DNA of 64,000 bases from the NCBI GenBank assembly GCA_963826785.1, contig CAWGYD010000008.1:416001-480000 (forward strand). Reading direction: 5' to 3'. The notes below the pieces were generated by a model, which saw nothing but the letters and a program-made list of their open reading frames with translations, searched no databases and was not told where the DNA came from. This DNA is from an uncultured delta proteobacterium (GTDB taxonomy: Bacteria; Desulfobacterota; Desulfobacteria; Desulfobacterales; Desulfosalsimonadaceae). This document shows, in pieces, positions 43,941-54,214 of the stretch. The position numbers were made by a program, and so were the translations under genes. Within the stretch, counting starts at the first letter, position 1, and each line of letters begins with the position of its first letter.

Positions 43941-44499
43941 AAAAATCGTCTTTCCTAATCAAGAAGTCGTCGGGAAGGTTTATTAAACGGAACGGTCGGA
44001 AAGGATGTATTTTTCCGATGCCATAATTTTAACATAAAATTTCAATAATTTAAATCCAAATACACCATAGGCCGATGCCGGTGCGGTATGTAAAAGGGTA
44101 ATCCGCTCCCCCCGGTTGTCAAGAATGACTTCATCCGATCTGAAAAAACACCACGCCGGGTGAATATGAGGTTGAATCTGCACGGTCAAACCTGCTAATA
44201 TCCATATTTCATAGATCGATTAAAAATTCACCTGAATTTTTCGCTGATAATTGTTATACATATCCGTCTCGTGCAAAACATGGCCATATCTTCGGCCGAA
44301 ACAACAGAAATGCGAGAAGGCCATTCTTGTTTCTTTGACAAAAAAAATTCTAACAGGCTGTGTGCCGGCATGGGGTCGTCAAACGACGTTTTCGGCCATC
44401 ACTCCACACCCGGCCCCCCCTGTACGGGGATAATCGGCCACGGGGCGGACCCGGGCGCGATTTTTCGACAGCCTGAAACCGTCGGAATCGGAAGCTGAC

Positions 44500-45519
44500 A
44501 TGTCGATCAAAGGCAACCTGGAAACGGTTTATCTCCCCACCATCCTGCAGATGTTGAGCGCTGAATACAAGACGGGCATCCTCCAGCTGAAGCGGGAGGA
44601 CAATGAAGTCAACATCTATATCCAGAACGGCGCCATCGTATACGCGACGGAAAACGGCAAGAAAAACCGCCTGGGCGATATCCTGAAAAACAGCGGCATT
44701 CTGTCTTCCAAGCAGATCAAGGAGTGCCTGAAGGAGAGCATCGGCACCAAAAAAGCCCTCGGCAAAATTCTTCTGGATAAAGGCTACATCACCCGCAGCC
44801 AGTTCAATACCCTGATCCTGAAACAGGCGGAAAACACCCTGTATAATGTTTTTCTCTGGAAGGACGGGGAATTCGAGTACACCGATACCAAGCTCAACCT
44901 CAATCGAATCGTCGTTCACAAAATCGATACCATGGCCCTCCTGCTGGAAGCCACGCGCCGGATCGATGAAATTTCGGTGCTGAAAAAGCAGATCCCGGAT
45001 GAAGACCTGATCCTGAAAATATCGGGAAAAATCCAGGATAATAAAGAGATCAAACTCAATCCCACTGAATGGCGGATTCTATCCATGCTGGACGGAACCA
45101 CCAATATCCGCAAGATTTTAGACGACAGCGGCCTGGACGATTTTGCCGGTTACCAGATTCTCAATGCGCTGATCTCCTCGGGCAAAGTGGAGGTCTGCAA
45201 ACCCAAGCCGGCGCCGAACCCCGCCCGGGATGCCGTAAACCATTTCAAGGGGATGGACACCAGGGCCTTCCGAAAAGGCCTCGACGACCTGGGGCTCAAA
45301 CGTTCGAGCCTGCTGCGCATCACCCTGACCCGGATCTTCAGGGATGCCGAGGATGAGGAAAGCCTCTTGTCGGCGATAAAGGATGAGGCCGGCAAGCTGT
45401 CCAATTCCACGGAAAAAGGAGCGCTTCTCGACCTCAAGGAAAAAAACCAGGTCCCCTTCATCAAAGATGTCCTGGATCTTTTATGCAAGGCCGTCGATGA
45501 AATCCCCATCAGCAATTGA
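44500..45519 (+). CDS. DUF4388 (PatA-N-like) domain protein
   Basis: KGNLETVYLPTILQML..KTGIL, RLGDIL, LGKILL, WKDGEFEY, LLEATRRIDE. Confidence 0.85.
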   Translation: MSIKGNLETVYLPTILQMLSAEYKTGILQLKREDNEVNIYIQNGAIVYATENGKKNRLGDILKNSGILSSKQIKECLKESIGTKKALGKILLDKGYITRSQFNTLILKQAENTLYNVFLWKDGEFEYTDTKLNLNRIVVHKIDTMALLLEATRRIDEISVLKKQIPDEDLILKISGKIQDNKEIKLNPTEWRILSMLDGTTNIRKILDDSGLDDFAGYQILNALISSGKVEVCKPKPAPNPARDAVNHFKGMDTRAFRKGLDDLGLKRSSLLRITLTRIFRDAEDEESLLSAIKDEAGKLSNSTEKGALLDLKEKNQVPFIKDVLDLLCKAVDEIPISN

Positions 45520-45532
45520 CGGGGGGCCTGGT

Positions 45533-45757
45533 TTATTTGATCCCGGTCTTGGGTAAATCGGGCAGCGCCTTTCGGGCACGTGAAAACATTTCGGCCGCCG
45601 ATGTGAATAAAGGTTCAAGCTTCCGGTCTGCATCGGTGACGTACTGCCATTCCCAGTGGACATCGTGGCCGTCTGCCTCCTTCAGGTAGATGTGGCTACC
45701 TTTTCTTATATTGAGTTCACTGCCGTCATCTAACCGGATCGTGATTTCCGCGCCCAT
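45533..45757 (-). CDS. Small hypothetical protein
   Basis: Strong AAAAGGAG RBS; protein-like composition. Confidence 0.6.
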   Translation of the reverse strand: MGAEITIRLDDGSELNIRKGSHIYLKEADGHDVHWEWQYVTDADRKLEPLFTSAAEMFSRARKALPDLPKTGIK

Positions 45758-46043
45758 GTCTGTTCTCCTTTTCTATTGATCGGTGCGGCAGGGGTGTTAA
45801 GACAGCCCCTGTAATTGGCTATGCCGTATCTCTTTTCATCGCCTTTTCATGAGACGCTGATAAAATAAGCCCCCGAACGTTTTTAATTATAATCATCGCA
45901 GCAGAACCGATCCATTTTTTACCATTTAGGGTTGTGCGCAAGATTTCCGCTGATTAACTTATGGCGATTGCCGCCAATTTATCTTTTTCGGCCGGTGCGC
46001 CATTGCCAAACCGCAGATTTTGCCAGACAGGAGTATGGAATCA

Positions 46044-46754
46044 ATGCAGAATATATCGGAAAAAATCGACCGCATAATGCCGGATCGGACGGACCTGTAC
46101 AAGAAAGCCCTGCTGCTGGCGAAGATCACGGTTTTTTACAACATCATCGAAGGGATCGTTTCGATTTTTTTCGGCATGAATGACGAGACCCTGTCCCTGT
46201 TCGGCTTCGGGCTGGATTCGTTTGTGGAGGTCATCTCCGGCATCGGCATCTGGCACATGGTCAGCCGGACCATGAAACAGCCGGCGTCGGATCCCGATGC
46301 CTTTGAAAAAACCGCATTGAAAGTCACGGGAACTGCGTTTTATCTGCTTGCGGCGGGGCTGATCATAACCGCAGCCGTCAACCTGTATCAGGGCCACCGT
46401 CCGGAAACCACCTTCTGGGGGATCGTCATTTCGCTGATTTCCATCGCCACGATGTGGGCACTGGTTCGCTTCAAACTGCAGGTGGGGAAAAAGCTCGCCT
46501 CGGATGCCATTATCGCGGATGCAGGCTGCACGAAAACCTGCCTGTACCTTTCCTTTGCGCTTCTGCTGGCCAGCGCAGGCTATGCGCTGACCGGCATCGG
46601 CGGCATCGATTCTGCAGGGGCCGCCGCCATCGCTATATTTGCCTTCCGTGAAGGCAGGGAATCCTTTGAAAAAGCCGAGGGCAAAACCTGCTCCTGCCAC
46701 TGCGGGGGATCGGAGGCGGATTGCGAACCGGCACCCGCGCAAAAGCGCAGGTGA
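46044..46754 (+). CDS. Cation transporter (CDF-related, short form)
   Basis: YNIIEG, FGLDSFVEVISG, ADA..T..C.YLS, IDS; Cys/His tail CSCHC. Confidence 0.8.
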   Translation: MQNISEKIDRIMPDRTDLYKKALLLAKITVFYNIIEGIVSIFFGMNDETLSLFGFGLDSFVEVISGIGIWHMVSRTMKQPASDPDAFEKTALKVTGTAFYLLAAGLIITAAVNLYQGHRPETTFWGIVISLISIATMWALVRFKLQVGKKLASDAIIADAGCTKTCLYLSFALLLASAGYALTGIGGIDSAGAAAIAIFAFREGRESFEKAEGKTCSCHCGGSEADCEPAPAQKRR

Positions 46755-46805
46755 TAATCCGCTGTGCGGGGCGGTCCGCCCCGCGCATGAACCGTTTCGG
46801 GCTCC

Positions 46806-47264
46806 TTAATTGCCTCGCTCGTATCGCCCCATCAGGGATGCCTCCTGCAGGACATGGCCCTTGAGGGCCGCTTCCACGCTTTTCTTGTCGGCGCCTTCGG
46901 CAAGATCGAGCATGGTGTCAAGCGCATACACTCTCAAGAAATAGCGGTGCTCGCGGTCCGGGGGACAGGGCCCGTAATACCCGGTCTTCCCGTTGGTCCC
47001 CTTCCCCGGTGTTCCCGGGGGTTCCTGGCCTTCGGCGATTCGGCGGGTGTCCGGCGGAATATTGAAAACCACCCAATGGTCCCACATCCCATCGGCCCGA
47101 AGATTCTTGGGCACATCCGGGTCATCCATGAGAAGTACCAGGCTTTTCGTCCCTTTCGGAATTTCGGCGATCTCCAGGGGCAGGCTGACCCCTATCCCCT
47201 CGCAGGTATACCTGGACGGGATTTTCCCTTCGTTTTCAAATGCGCTGCAGGTCAGTTTCATCAA
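46806..47264 (-). CDS. YbhB/YbcL (PEBP) family protein
   Basis: DDPD.P, WDHWVVFNIP, YYGPCPPDREHRY. Confidence 0.92.
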   Translation of the reverse strand: MMKLTCSAFENEGKIPSRYTCEGIGVSLPLEIAEIPKGTKSLVLLMDDPDVPKNLRADGMWDHWVVFNIPPDTRRIAEGQEPPGTPGKGTNGKTGYYGPCPPDREHRYFLRVYALDTMLDLAEGADKKSVEAALKGHVLQEASLMGRYERGN

Positions 47265-47491
47265 ATTGCTCCTTTTCGACTATTTTTTGTCAATAGAGTA
47301 ACGATCCGCTGTCCGAATGGCAAATGAGCAGATGGTCAAGATCGTCGGGGCGGCTTTTGGCGGTCGGCGTCGGTCAGGAAAACCCATGGAGGAAATAATC
47401 GAAGGGAAGAACAGCAGGGGTCAGGAGCGCCCGGAAAAAGAAGATTGCGGCCTTTTCCAGAATCGCTCCCGGCCCTGTTTTTTTTTGCACT

Positions 47492-47935
47492 TCAGGATTT
47501 GAAGACCGATCGGGGCGAAGAGATGATTTCCTTCATGCGGGCCTCCTGAATGCGCTGTTCATGCTCCGATTTGCGCTTGTAGGCCATATCGATCTTTTCG
47601 GTGAGGTCTTCTGTTTCGCACGGCTTCATCAGATAATCGAGCGCGCCGAGTTTCATCCCCTCGATGGCGGTTTCCACGGTGGCCTTGCCGGTCAGCATGA
47701 TCACTTCGGTGAGCGGCTTGATCTGCTTGATTTCACGCAGCACCTGTATGCCGTCCACCTCGGGCATGGACACATCCAGAACCACGACATCAAAATTGGA
47801 TTTTTTGACCAGTTCCAGGGCCTGCCTGCCGTCATAGGCCGCGGCGACGTGATAGTCCCGGATCTTGAGCCGTTCGGCCAGGGTGTCGGCAAAGCTGCGT
47901 TCATCATCGACGATCATCACCTTGGTTAACATCAT
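47492..47935 (-). CDS. Single-domain response regulator
   Basis: IVDDE, VLDVSMP, LTG, YLMKP. Confidence 0.92.
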   Translation of the reverse strand: MMLTKVMIVDDERSFADTLAERLKIRDYHVAAAYDGRQALELVKKSNFDVVVLDVSMPEVDGIQVLREIKQIKPLTEVIMLTGKATVETAIEGMKLGALDYLMKPCETEDLTEKIDMAYKRKSEHEQRIQEARMKEIISSPRSVFKS

Positions 47936-47956
47936 TTTTTCTCCTTCGCGTTATGG

Positions 47957-48625
47957 TTAGGCCCTTAAATCCGCATCCACTGGAACAGTCAATACAATTT
48001 CACCGCTGATTTCGTCAATAGTGATGATAGCGTTCAGGTCTTTGATCAATGATGCGGCCGAATCGGGTGGAAACGCGGCGCAGGCATCCATTCTCCGGTC
48101 CTGCAGCGATACCCGGATCCGGCAGTCCTCCGCACAGGGCTCGACCCGGATCTTTACTGATTTTTCGGTTCCGCAGGATTCCATGGCGGCCTGCAGGCAT
48201 TGCCAGATGAGAAACTGGAGCAGAAACGGCCGGGTTCTCACCTGAAGCGCTTTTTCACCGGGCTGAAAATCGAGCACCGCCCCCTTCTGGGAAGCGGCGC
48301 GCATGGACAGGGCGGTGATCAGCCCGGTCAGTTCGGAAACATCCACTTTGCCCACCGCCTCATCCATGCTGTGGGCAAACCGGTTCATGTTCTTGATGAT
48401 TCCATCCCCCCGCTTGATCTGGTACTTCAGGTCATCGGCGAGCCCGGCGATGCGGTTGGGGTCGAGGGGGATGCCCCTTTCCACCATGGCGGAAAGGTCC
48501 TTGAGCAGACCGGCCTTTTCATTGATAATGGCCATCACATTCTTGATCTCATGGGAAACGGATGCCACGATCCTGCCGAAAAACTGCAGGTTTTCATCCG
48601 CGGCGGTTTTTTCATTCTGCGCCAT
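47957..48625 (-). CDS. Histidine-kinase-like protein with degenerate ATPase domain
   Basis: H-box SVSHEIKN intact; N, G1 and G2 boxes not recognisable. Confidence 0.75.
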   Translation of the reverse strand: MAQNEKTAADENLQFFGRIVASVSHEIKNVMAIINEKAGLLKDLSAMVERGIPLDPNRIAGLADDLKYQIKRGDGIIKNMNRFAHSMDEAVGKVDVSELTGLITALSMRAASQKGAVLDFQPGEKALQVRTRPFLLQFLIWQCLQAAMESCGTEKSVKIRVEPCAEDCRIRVSLQDRRMDACAAFPPDSAASLIKDLNAIITIDEISGEIVLTVPVDADLRA

Positions 48626-49010
48626 CTGGTGCTCCCCCTTGATTGCGGTTGAGTACGGACTCGATCCGGCAGATCAGGATATCGATATCGATCGGCTTGA
48701 CCAGGTAGAATTCTTCCCCGATCTGGCGGGTGACTTCCTTGAAATCCTCCTCGGAACCATAGCCGGTCAAAAAGATAAACTTCATTTCCGGGTATTTCGC
48801 CTGCAGCTGCTCCTTGAGGGCAAGCCCCCCCACCCGGGGCATTTTCAGGTCCAAAACGGCCACATCGAACTTCTGACCTTTTGCTTTTTGCATCGCTTCT
48901 GCGCCGGTTTCGGCCCATTGCGCCTCAAAACCGCGGATTTCAAGGCGTTCCGCAAGGGTGGAGATCAGTTCCACTTCGTCGTCAACGAGCAACACCCGGA
49001 TTGGCTTCAT
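48612..49010 (-). CDS. Single-domain response regulator
   Basis: LVDDE, VLDLKMP, LTGYG, LVKP. Confidence 0.9.
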   Translation of the reverse strand: MKPIRVLLVDDEVELISTLAERLEIRGFEAQWAETGAEAMQKAKGQKFDVAVLDLKMPRVGGLALKEQLQAKYPEMKFIFLTGYGSEEDFKEVTRQIGEEFYLVKPIDIDILICRIESVLNRNQGGAPDGAE

Positions 49011-49059
49011 TAAATGGACTCCTTGTTCATTATCTTGCGGTCCTGTCTCTTCCGACCGG

Positions 49060-50772
49060 TCATGAAACGGGTATCCTGAGGGGCAGGATAACCGTGAATG
49101 CGGTTCCCTTGCCCACTTCACTGTCTACGCTGATCTGGCCCCCGATTTCGCGGATCAGATTGAGGGTGATGGACAGCCCGAGTCCGGTCCCGCCCTTTCC
49201 GACCCGGGTGGAGAAAAACGGCTCGAAAATCCGGTGGAGTTCTTCTTCGGGGATGCCGCATCCGGTGTCCTTGAACTTGATGGACACTTTATCTTCTCCG
49301 GCGTTTTCGACGACGATATCGACGCGGCCGCCGTCGTCCACGGCGGCAAACGCGTTGTTGATGATATTGACGAATATCTGCTGCAGTTTGCCCAGGTCGG
49401 TTTGAATGGCCGGTACATCTTCGGCCAGATCCACATGAAGGGAGATGCTCCGATGGGAGGCCTCCCGGTGGTAGAATTCGAGAACCCCTTCCAGGATATC
49501 GCGAAGATTGATGTCGACCACCGAGGCCTCGAATTTTCCGGCAAACGTCAGCAGTCGCTTGGTGATGGTGCCCGCCCGCTTTACGGAGGCGATGATGGCA
49601 TCGGCGATTCCGATCAGCTTTTCATCCTTCTGGTATTTGGCCCGGACAACGAACAGGTCCTTTAACAGGCCCGCCTTTTCATTGATGATGGCCAGCGGAT
49701 TGTTGATCTCATGGGCCACGCTGGCTGCCAGGCGGCCGATGGAAGCCATCTTGTTGGCATACTCCACCTGGTGAAGCGACTTGACCCGCTTTTCATCCGC
49801 GGATCTGATTTTCTGGAGCATGAAGCTTGCGGTCCACAAAATGACGGTCAGGATGACGGTAATGCTGCCGATCAAAAAAGCGATGAGTTTCAGCCGGGTT
49901 TCAAACCACGGTTTCATCATTTCCGCCTGGTCTTTTACGATCATCAGGATAAAGGGCGTATTTTCGATAAACCGGTACCCAACGACCATTTCCCGCCCGT
50001 TGATCTCATGTTCATACACCTCGCTCCTGTCGGAGTATTGCGGCACCGGAAACGGCAGTTTCTCGAGCACGCCGCCGTAATAACGGGAAGGGGTCTGCAG
50101 GATGCCCTGGTGGTTGACCAGAAACGCATTGCCCCGGCCTTCCAGTTCCAGGTTGGACAGCAGGTCTTCGAAGGGGGTGATCCCGATGGCCGAACGCAGG
50201 ATAAAAAATGATTTGTCCGCGATGTTGCGGCCCACCGCGATGACGAAATGGGGTTCGTTCCGGTACCCCAAAAACACATCGCTGATATGGGCGCCATGGT
50301 CGATCACCTGGTCGAACCATTCCTGCCCGGCATAATTTTTTCCTTTCAGCGCATATGGGCCCACATAGTTCACCTGGTACCCGGAATCATCGATCAGGCC
50401 CAGATCCACAAACCCGCCCCCGAAACTTTTCTGCAGGTTTTCCAGGACATCGGCCAACCGCTCATGGTTGGAGAGCACCGCCGGGGGGTTGTCATAGACG
50501 ATAAAATTCAATGCGGACTTCCGCTCCGCCAGGAAAAAGGCGATGGCCCGCTGGGTATTGGACAAGATCCGGGTGGTGCGGGAGAGAAATTCCGATTCGA
50601 TGGCCTGCTGGGTGACCTGATAATCGACAAAGGTGATAAATATCAATGGGATCAGGGAAACACAGCCGGTGAGCAGCACCACCAGACGCCAGATCCGCCG
50701 GTAGTTCATCAAATGCTTCCGGTGGATGAGCAGGTTCTCCGGCACAGATTTTATCGATGGACGGGTTTCCAT
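49060..50772 (-). CDS. Membrane sensor histidine kinase (Cache-like sensor)
   Basis: Two TM segments; AHEINNP, NIINNA, DTGCGI, FEPFFST, GTGLGL. Confidence 0.92.
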   Translation of the reverse strand: METRPSIKSVPENLLIHRKHLMNYRRIWRLVVLLTGCVSLIPLIFITFVDYQVTQQAIESEFLSRTTRILSNTQRAIAFFLAERKSALNFIVYDNPPAVLSNHERLADVLENLQKSFGGGFVDLGLIDDSGYQVNYVGPYALKGKNYAGQEWFDQVIDHGAHISDVFLGYRNEPHFVIAVGRNIADKSFFILRSAIGITPFEDLLSNLELEGRGNAFLVNHQGILQTPSRYYGGVLEKLPFPVPQYSDRSEVYEHEINGREMVVGYRFIENTPFILMIVKDQAEMMKPWFETRLKLIAFLIGSITVILTVILWTASFMLQKIRSADEKRVKSLHQVEYANKMASIGRLAASVAHEINNPLAIINEKAGLLKDLFVVRAKYQKDEKLIGIADAIIASVKRAGTITKRLLTFAGKFEASVVDINLRDILEGVLEFYHREASHRSISLHVDLAEDVPAIQTDLGKLQQIFVNIINNAFAAVDDGGRVDIVVENAGEDKVSIKFKDTGCGIPEEELHRIFEPFFSTRVGKGGTGLGLSITLNLIREIGGQISVDSEVGKGTAFTVILPLRIPVS

Positions 50773-50836
50773 GTTTTTAATCAATCGTATGGATGAATTG
50801 CACATACCATGAGCGTGCACGAAGAACCCATTGGGG

Positions 50837-52060
50837 CTACTTTTTGCTTCCCCGGTTTACGATATATTCATTGGCCTTCTTGATGGTTTCGCTCAGCTCG
50901 TCGATATCCACCGGCTTTTGCAGGTAGGCGAAGGCGCCCAGCTGCATGCAGGTCTCCCGGTCCGCATCGGACCCGTGGCCGGTCAGGATGATCACTTCGA
51001 TGCCGGGATTGGTGGACTTGACCCGGCGCAGCACCTCGATGCCGTCGATCCCGGGCATGCGCAGATCCAGAATCATGACTTCCGGCTCGTCCTCCCTGAT
51101 CAGCGCCAGCGCGGATTCGCCGTCATAGGCCACGGCCGAGCCCATATCCCGGATCATCAGCCGCTCCGAAAGCGTCTGCACAAATTCCCGCTCATCATCC
51201 ACCAGCAGCACCCGTGTGGGCAGTTCAAAATTGCATTTCCGATAGATGTCCGCCTGATAGAATTCCGGCCCCACTTTTGTCGTCACCGATTTCACCCCGG
51301 GCACGCGCTCCGCCAGTCCCTTGAGTTCGTCTTCCAGCCGGCTCAGCAGGAGTACATGTTTATTGATGGTCAGGGTGACATCCCCGCCTTCTGATTTGAC
51401 GCCCACGTTGTGCCCCTCGTTGGCCAGAACCACCTCCACGGCGGCCGAAAGCTTGAAATCATCCAGGGCGGCGACGGAATCCGCCTTGGCTTTTAACACC
51501 TCCCTGCCCAGGCTGTCTTTTACCAGTTCAAGGACCTCGTCTATGTTCATTTTGTCGGTGGGGGAGACGATATCATACAGCGAGGGGTCCCACGGGTCGG
51601 ATGCGTAATGCAGGGCCTTTACCCAGACGGCCCGGTCCTCATCCCGGTTGCGGATCAGCTTGTGAGCTTCATTTTCGCTCAGGTTCTGCTCCGCCTTGGC
51701 CACTTCCACCCGAAAACGGATGTCGGCAATCAGGCAGATCCGCAGAACATGGGTGATTTCCCTGGGGATCAGATGGCTGGAAAATCCGGTGACCACCAGG
51801 TTGTTTTCGGGCAGCATCTCGGAGAGCGCCATTTTCAGGTAGGCGATGGAGCGCTCCCGTTCATGGGTGAACTTGTTGAAAATGGACGTTTTGGAAGAAA
51901 ACGCCTTTTCAATCTTGTTTTCGGACAGCCCGGAAAGGCGGCTGGCGGCTGAAACCACATCCACATCGCTGACGGACGCATAGCCCGTCTGATCGATAAT
52001 CGCGGAAATCAGAGGTTCTTCCCGGCAAAATGTTCCGCTGAAAATACTGATTAAAGGCAT
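50837..52060 (-). CDS. Cytidylate-kinase-like / BON-like / receiver domain protein
   Basis: N-terminal NMP-kinase-like fold (HVLRICLIA...RDEDR..W...DPWDPSLYD), central VPGVKSV, C-terminal REC (LVDDE, LDLRMP, QKP). Confidence 0.8.
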   Translation of the reverse strand: MPLISIFSGTFCREEPLISAIIDQTGYASVSDVDVVSAASRLSGLSENKIEKAFSSKTSIFNKFTHERERSIAYLKMALSEMLPENNLVVTGFSSHLIPREITHVLRICLIADIRFRVEVAKAEQNLSENEAHKLIRNRDEDRAVWVKALHYASDPWDPSLYDIVSPTDKMNIDEVLELVKDSLGREVLKAKADSVAALDDFKLSAAVEVVLANEGHNVGVKSEGGDVTLTINKHVLLLSRLEDELKGLAERVPGVKSVTTKVGPEFYQADIYRKCNFELPTRVLLVDDEREFVQTLSERLMIRDMGSAVAYDGESALALIREDEPEVMILDLRMPGIDGIEVLRRVKSTNPGIEVIILTGHGSDADRETCMQLGAFAYLQKPVDIDELSETIKKANEYIVNRGSKK

Positions 52061-52078
52061 TTCAACCCCCTTTATGTT

Positions 52079-54214
52079 TTAATTCTGCGGCACGGCCTGG
52101 TTGCAGGCGGGAATCAGGGGACAGGCCCCCTCCTGTGCCGTCGCGTGAGTGTCCTGGTAAATGGCGTCGATGGCGGACTCCATGGTGGGAAAGATATGGT
52201 CCTCTCCGATCTTTTCCGGAAGATGCGTCCGCTTCAGGACCGACATCACCGCTTCGTTCACTCCGCTCAACGAGATATCGAGCCCCGCGCTCCTCACCCG
52301 GTCCACCAGCTGTGAAAGGGTTTCTTCGCCGGAAGCATCGATGTCGTTGATGCCGTTCGAGACGATGACGATATGCTTGAGGTCGTGCTTTTCTTTCATG
52401 ACCTCCATCATCTTGTCTTCCAGGTAGCTGGCATTGGCGAAAAACAGGGGTCCGTCAAAGCGGACCATGGCGATATAACGGCACTCTTTCAGGCCATGGG
52501 TTTTGGCGCAGCGCAGCGCCTGGTCTTCCGCCCGGGACAGGTAAACCACCGTGGGCCGCATCCGCTTGTAAAAAAAGACGCCAACGGAAAGAACCACCCC
52601 GATCATGATCCCCTTGTCCAGGTGCGGCGCAAACGCCAGGGTGGCCACAAAGGAGATGATGGAAATCAGGCCGTCGTACCATTGGGCATGCCAGGCATGG
52701 ACAAACCCGGATATATTGATCAGCCCGATCACCGCCATCATGATGACCGCCGCCAGCACCGACTGGGGCAGATGGTACAGCAGGGGCGTAAAAAAGAGCA
52801 GCGCAATCACCACCGTCAGGCTGGTGAAAACGGAAGAAAGGCCGCTCACGGCCCCGGCCTGAAGGTTGACCGCGCTGCGGGAGAACGAGCCGGAAGTGGG
52901 ATAGCTTTTACCGATTCCCCCCAGGATATTGGCCAGTCCCTGGCCGATGAGTTCCTGGTTGGGGTCGAGGCGCTGCCCGGTTTTGGCGGCCATGGCCTTG
53001 GCGATGGAAATGGCCTCCATGAACCCCAGCAGGGAGATGATCACCGCATAGGGGAAAATATGACCCATCACCCGCCAGTCGATCTTGGGAATGGAAAATG
53101 CCGGCAGCCCCTTGGGGATGGCCCCCACCACGTCGCCGCCGCCCATCAGAAGAATCTGGCCCTCATCGACGGGTTTGTTGGAAATGCGGATCCGCCAGAT
53201 TCGATCCCCGGTTTCCGCCCCGGCGGGCGCCTCCCCTTGGGGGTAGAACCTGCGCTGATCTTCCGGGCCCGCCGCCACGAAAAGCGTTTTCCGGATCTCT
53301 TCGCGCAGCACGTGGGTCCGGTCCTTCAGCACGTCCATTTTAAATGTCAGAACATTGATGCGGTGCTCCACATCCAGAAGGGCCACGTGATTGCCCGTCT
53401 TTTTGACCTCGGCGGCTTCCTCATATGCCAGGGTCCGCTGATTTGCGAGTGCGTCGATCTCATTGACCGCCTGGTTGAACTGAACGATATCCTGCTGAAT
53501 CGCCGGGGCCGCGATCGAATTCAGCTCAACCTTGGCGTTGTGTTCGAAGCCGATGGCCCAGGATGCAACGGTGGTGATCACCACGGCCACCAGCACGTTG
53601 GGGATGCGGGGATTGAACCAGCGCAGCCCGTACATGATGACAAAGGCGGCGGCCCCCATGATGAAGGTGGGCCAATGGGTGTAAAAGAAAGCCGATTCCA
53701 CCACCCGGCTGATGGTTTCGTAGTGGTGGGTGGCGCTGTCCACGTAAACCCCGAACAGCTTGGACAGCTGGGAGGAGGCAATGATGATGGCCGCGGCGTT
53801 GGTAAACCCGTTGACCACCGGGTGGGACAGAAAATTCACCACCAGGCCCAGGCGCAGGATTCCCAATGACAGCTGGAAGAAGCCCACCATCAGGGCCAGC
53901 ATGATGGCATAGGCGATATATCCCGGACTTCCCGCGGTGGCCAGGGGCGCCAGGGAAGCCGACGTCATCAGGGAAACCACAGCCACCGGGCCGGTGGCCA
54001 GCTGCCGGCTGGAGCCGAACAGGGCGGCCACCATGGGGGGCAGAAAAGAGGCGTAAAGGCCGTAATATGGGGGCAATCCTGCCAGTTGGGCATAGGCCAT
54101 GGACTGTGGAATCAAAACGAGGGCAACGGTCAGCCCGGAAAGCGCATCGGTCTTGAAACTCTCCAGATCGTATTTTTGAAACCAGGTCAGAAACGGAAAT
54201 ACTTTTGTGATCAT
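52079..54214 (-). CDS. sulP: SulP family anion (sulfate) transporter with STAS domain
   Basis: LIPQSMAYAQLAG, GSSRQLATGP, NQELIGQG, GSFSRSA, RFDGPLFFAN. Confidence 0.95.
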   Translation of the reverse strand: MITKVFPFLTWFQKYDLESFKTDALSGLTVALVLIPQSMAYAQLAGLPPYYGLYASFLPPMVAALFGSSRQLATGPVAVVSLMTSASLAPLATAGSPGYIAYAIMLALMVGFFQLSLGILRLGLVVNFLSHPVVNGFTNAAAIIIASSQLSKLFGVYVDSATHHYETISRVVESAFFYTHWPTFIMGAAAFVIMYGLRWFNPRIPNVLVAVVITTVASWAIGFEHNAKVELNSIAAPAIQQDIVQFNQAVNEIDALANQRTLAYEEAAEVKKTGNHVALLDVEHRINVLTFKMDVLKDRTHVLREEIRKTLFVAAGPEDQRRFYPQGEAPAGAETGDRIWRIRISNKPVDEGQILLMGGGDVVGAIPKGLPAFSIPKIDWRVMGHIFPYAVIISLLGFMEAISIAKAMAAKTGQRLDPNQELIGQGLANILGGIGKSYPTSGSFSRSAVNLQAGAVSGLSSVFTSLTVVIALLFFTPLLYHLPQSVLAAVIMMAVIGLINISGFVHAWHAQWYDGLISIISFVATLAFAPHLDKGIMIGVVLSVGVFFYKRMRPTVVYLSRAEDQALRCAKTHGLKECRYIAMVRFDGPLFFANASYLEDKMMEVMKEKHDLKHIVIVSNGINDIDASGEETLSQLVDRVRSAGLDISLSGVNEAVMSVLKRTHLPEKIGEDHIFPTMESAIDAIYQDTHATAQEGACPLIPACNQAVPQN

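Noticed and set aside
43983..44498. Short ORFs between ino1 and the DUF4388 gene
   Set aside because: AT-rich divergent promoter region; no convincing RBS or protein features.
52373..53869. 498-aa plus-strand ORF, and similar long ORFs at 16165-17412, 56830-57963, 2316-3320 and 4643-5605
   Set aside because: Antisense shadows of well-supported genes in GC-rich DNA; no recognisable motifs.
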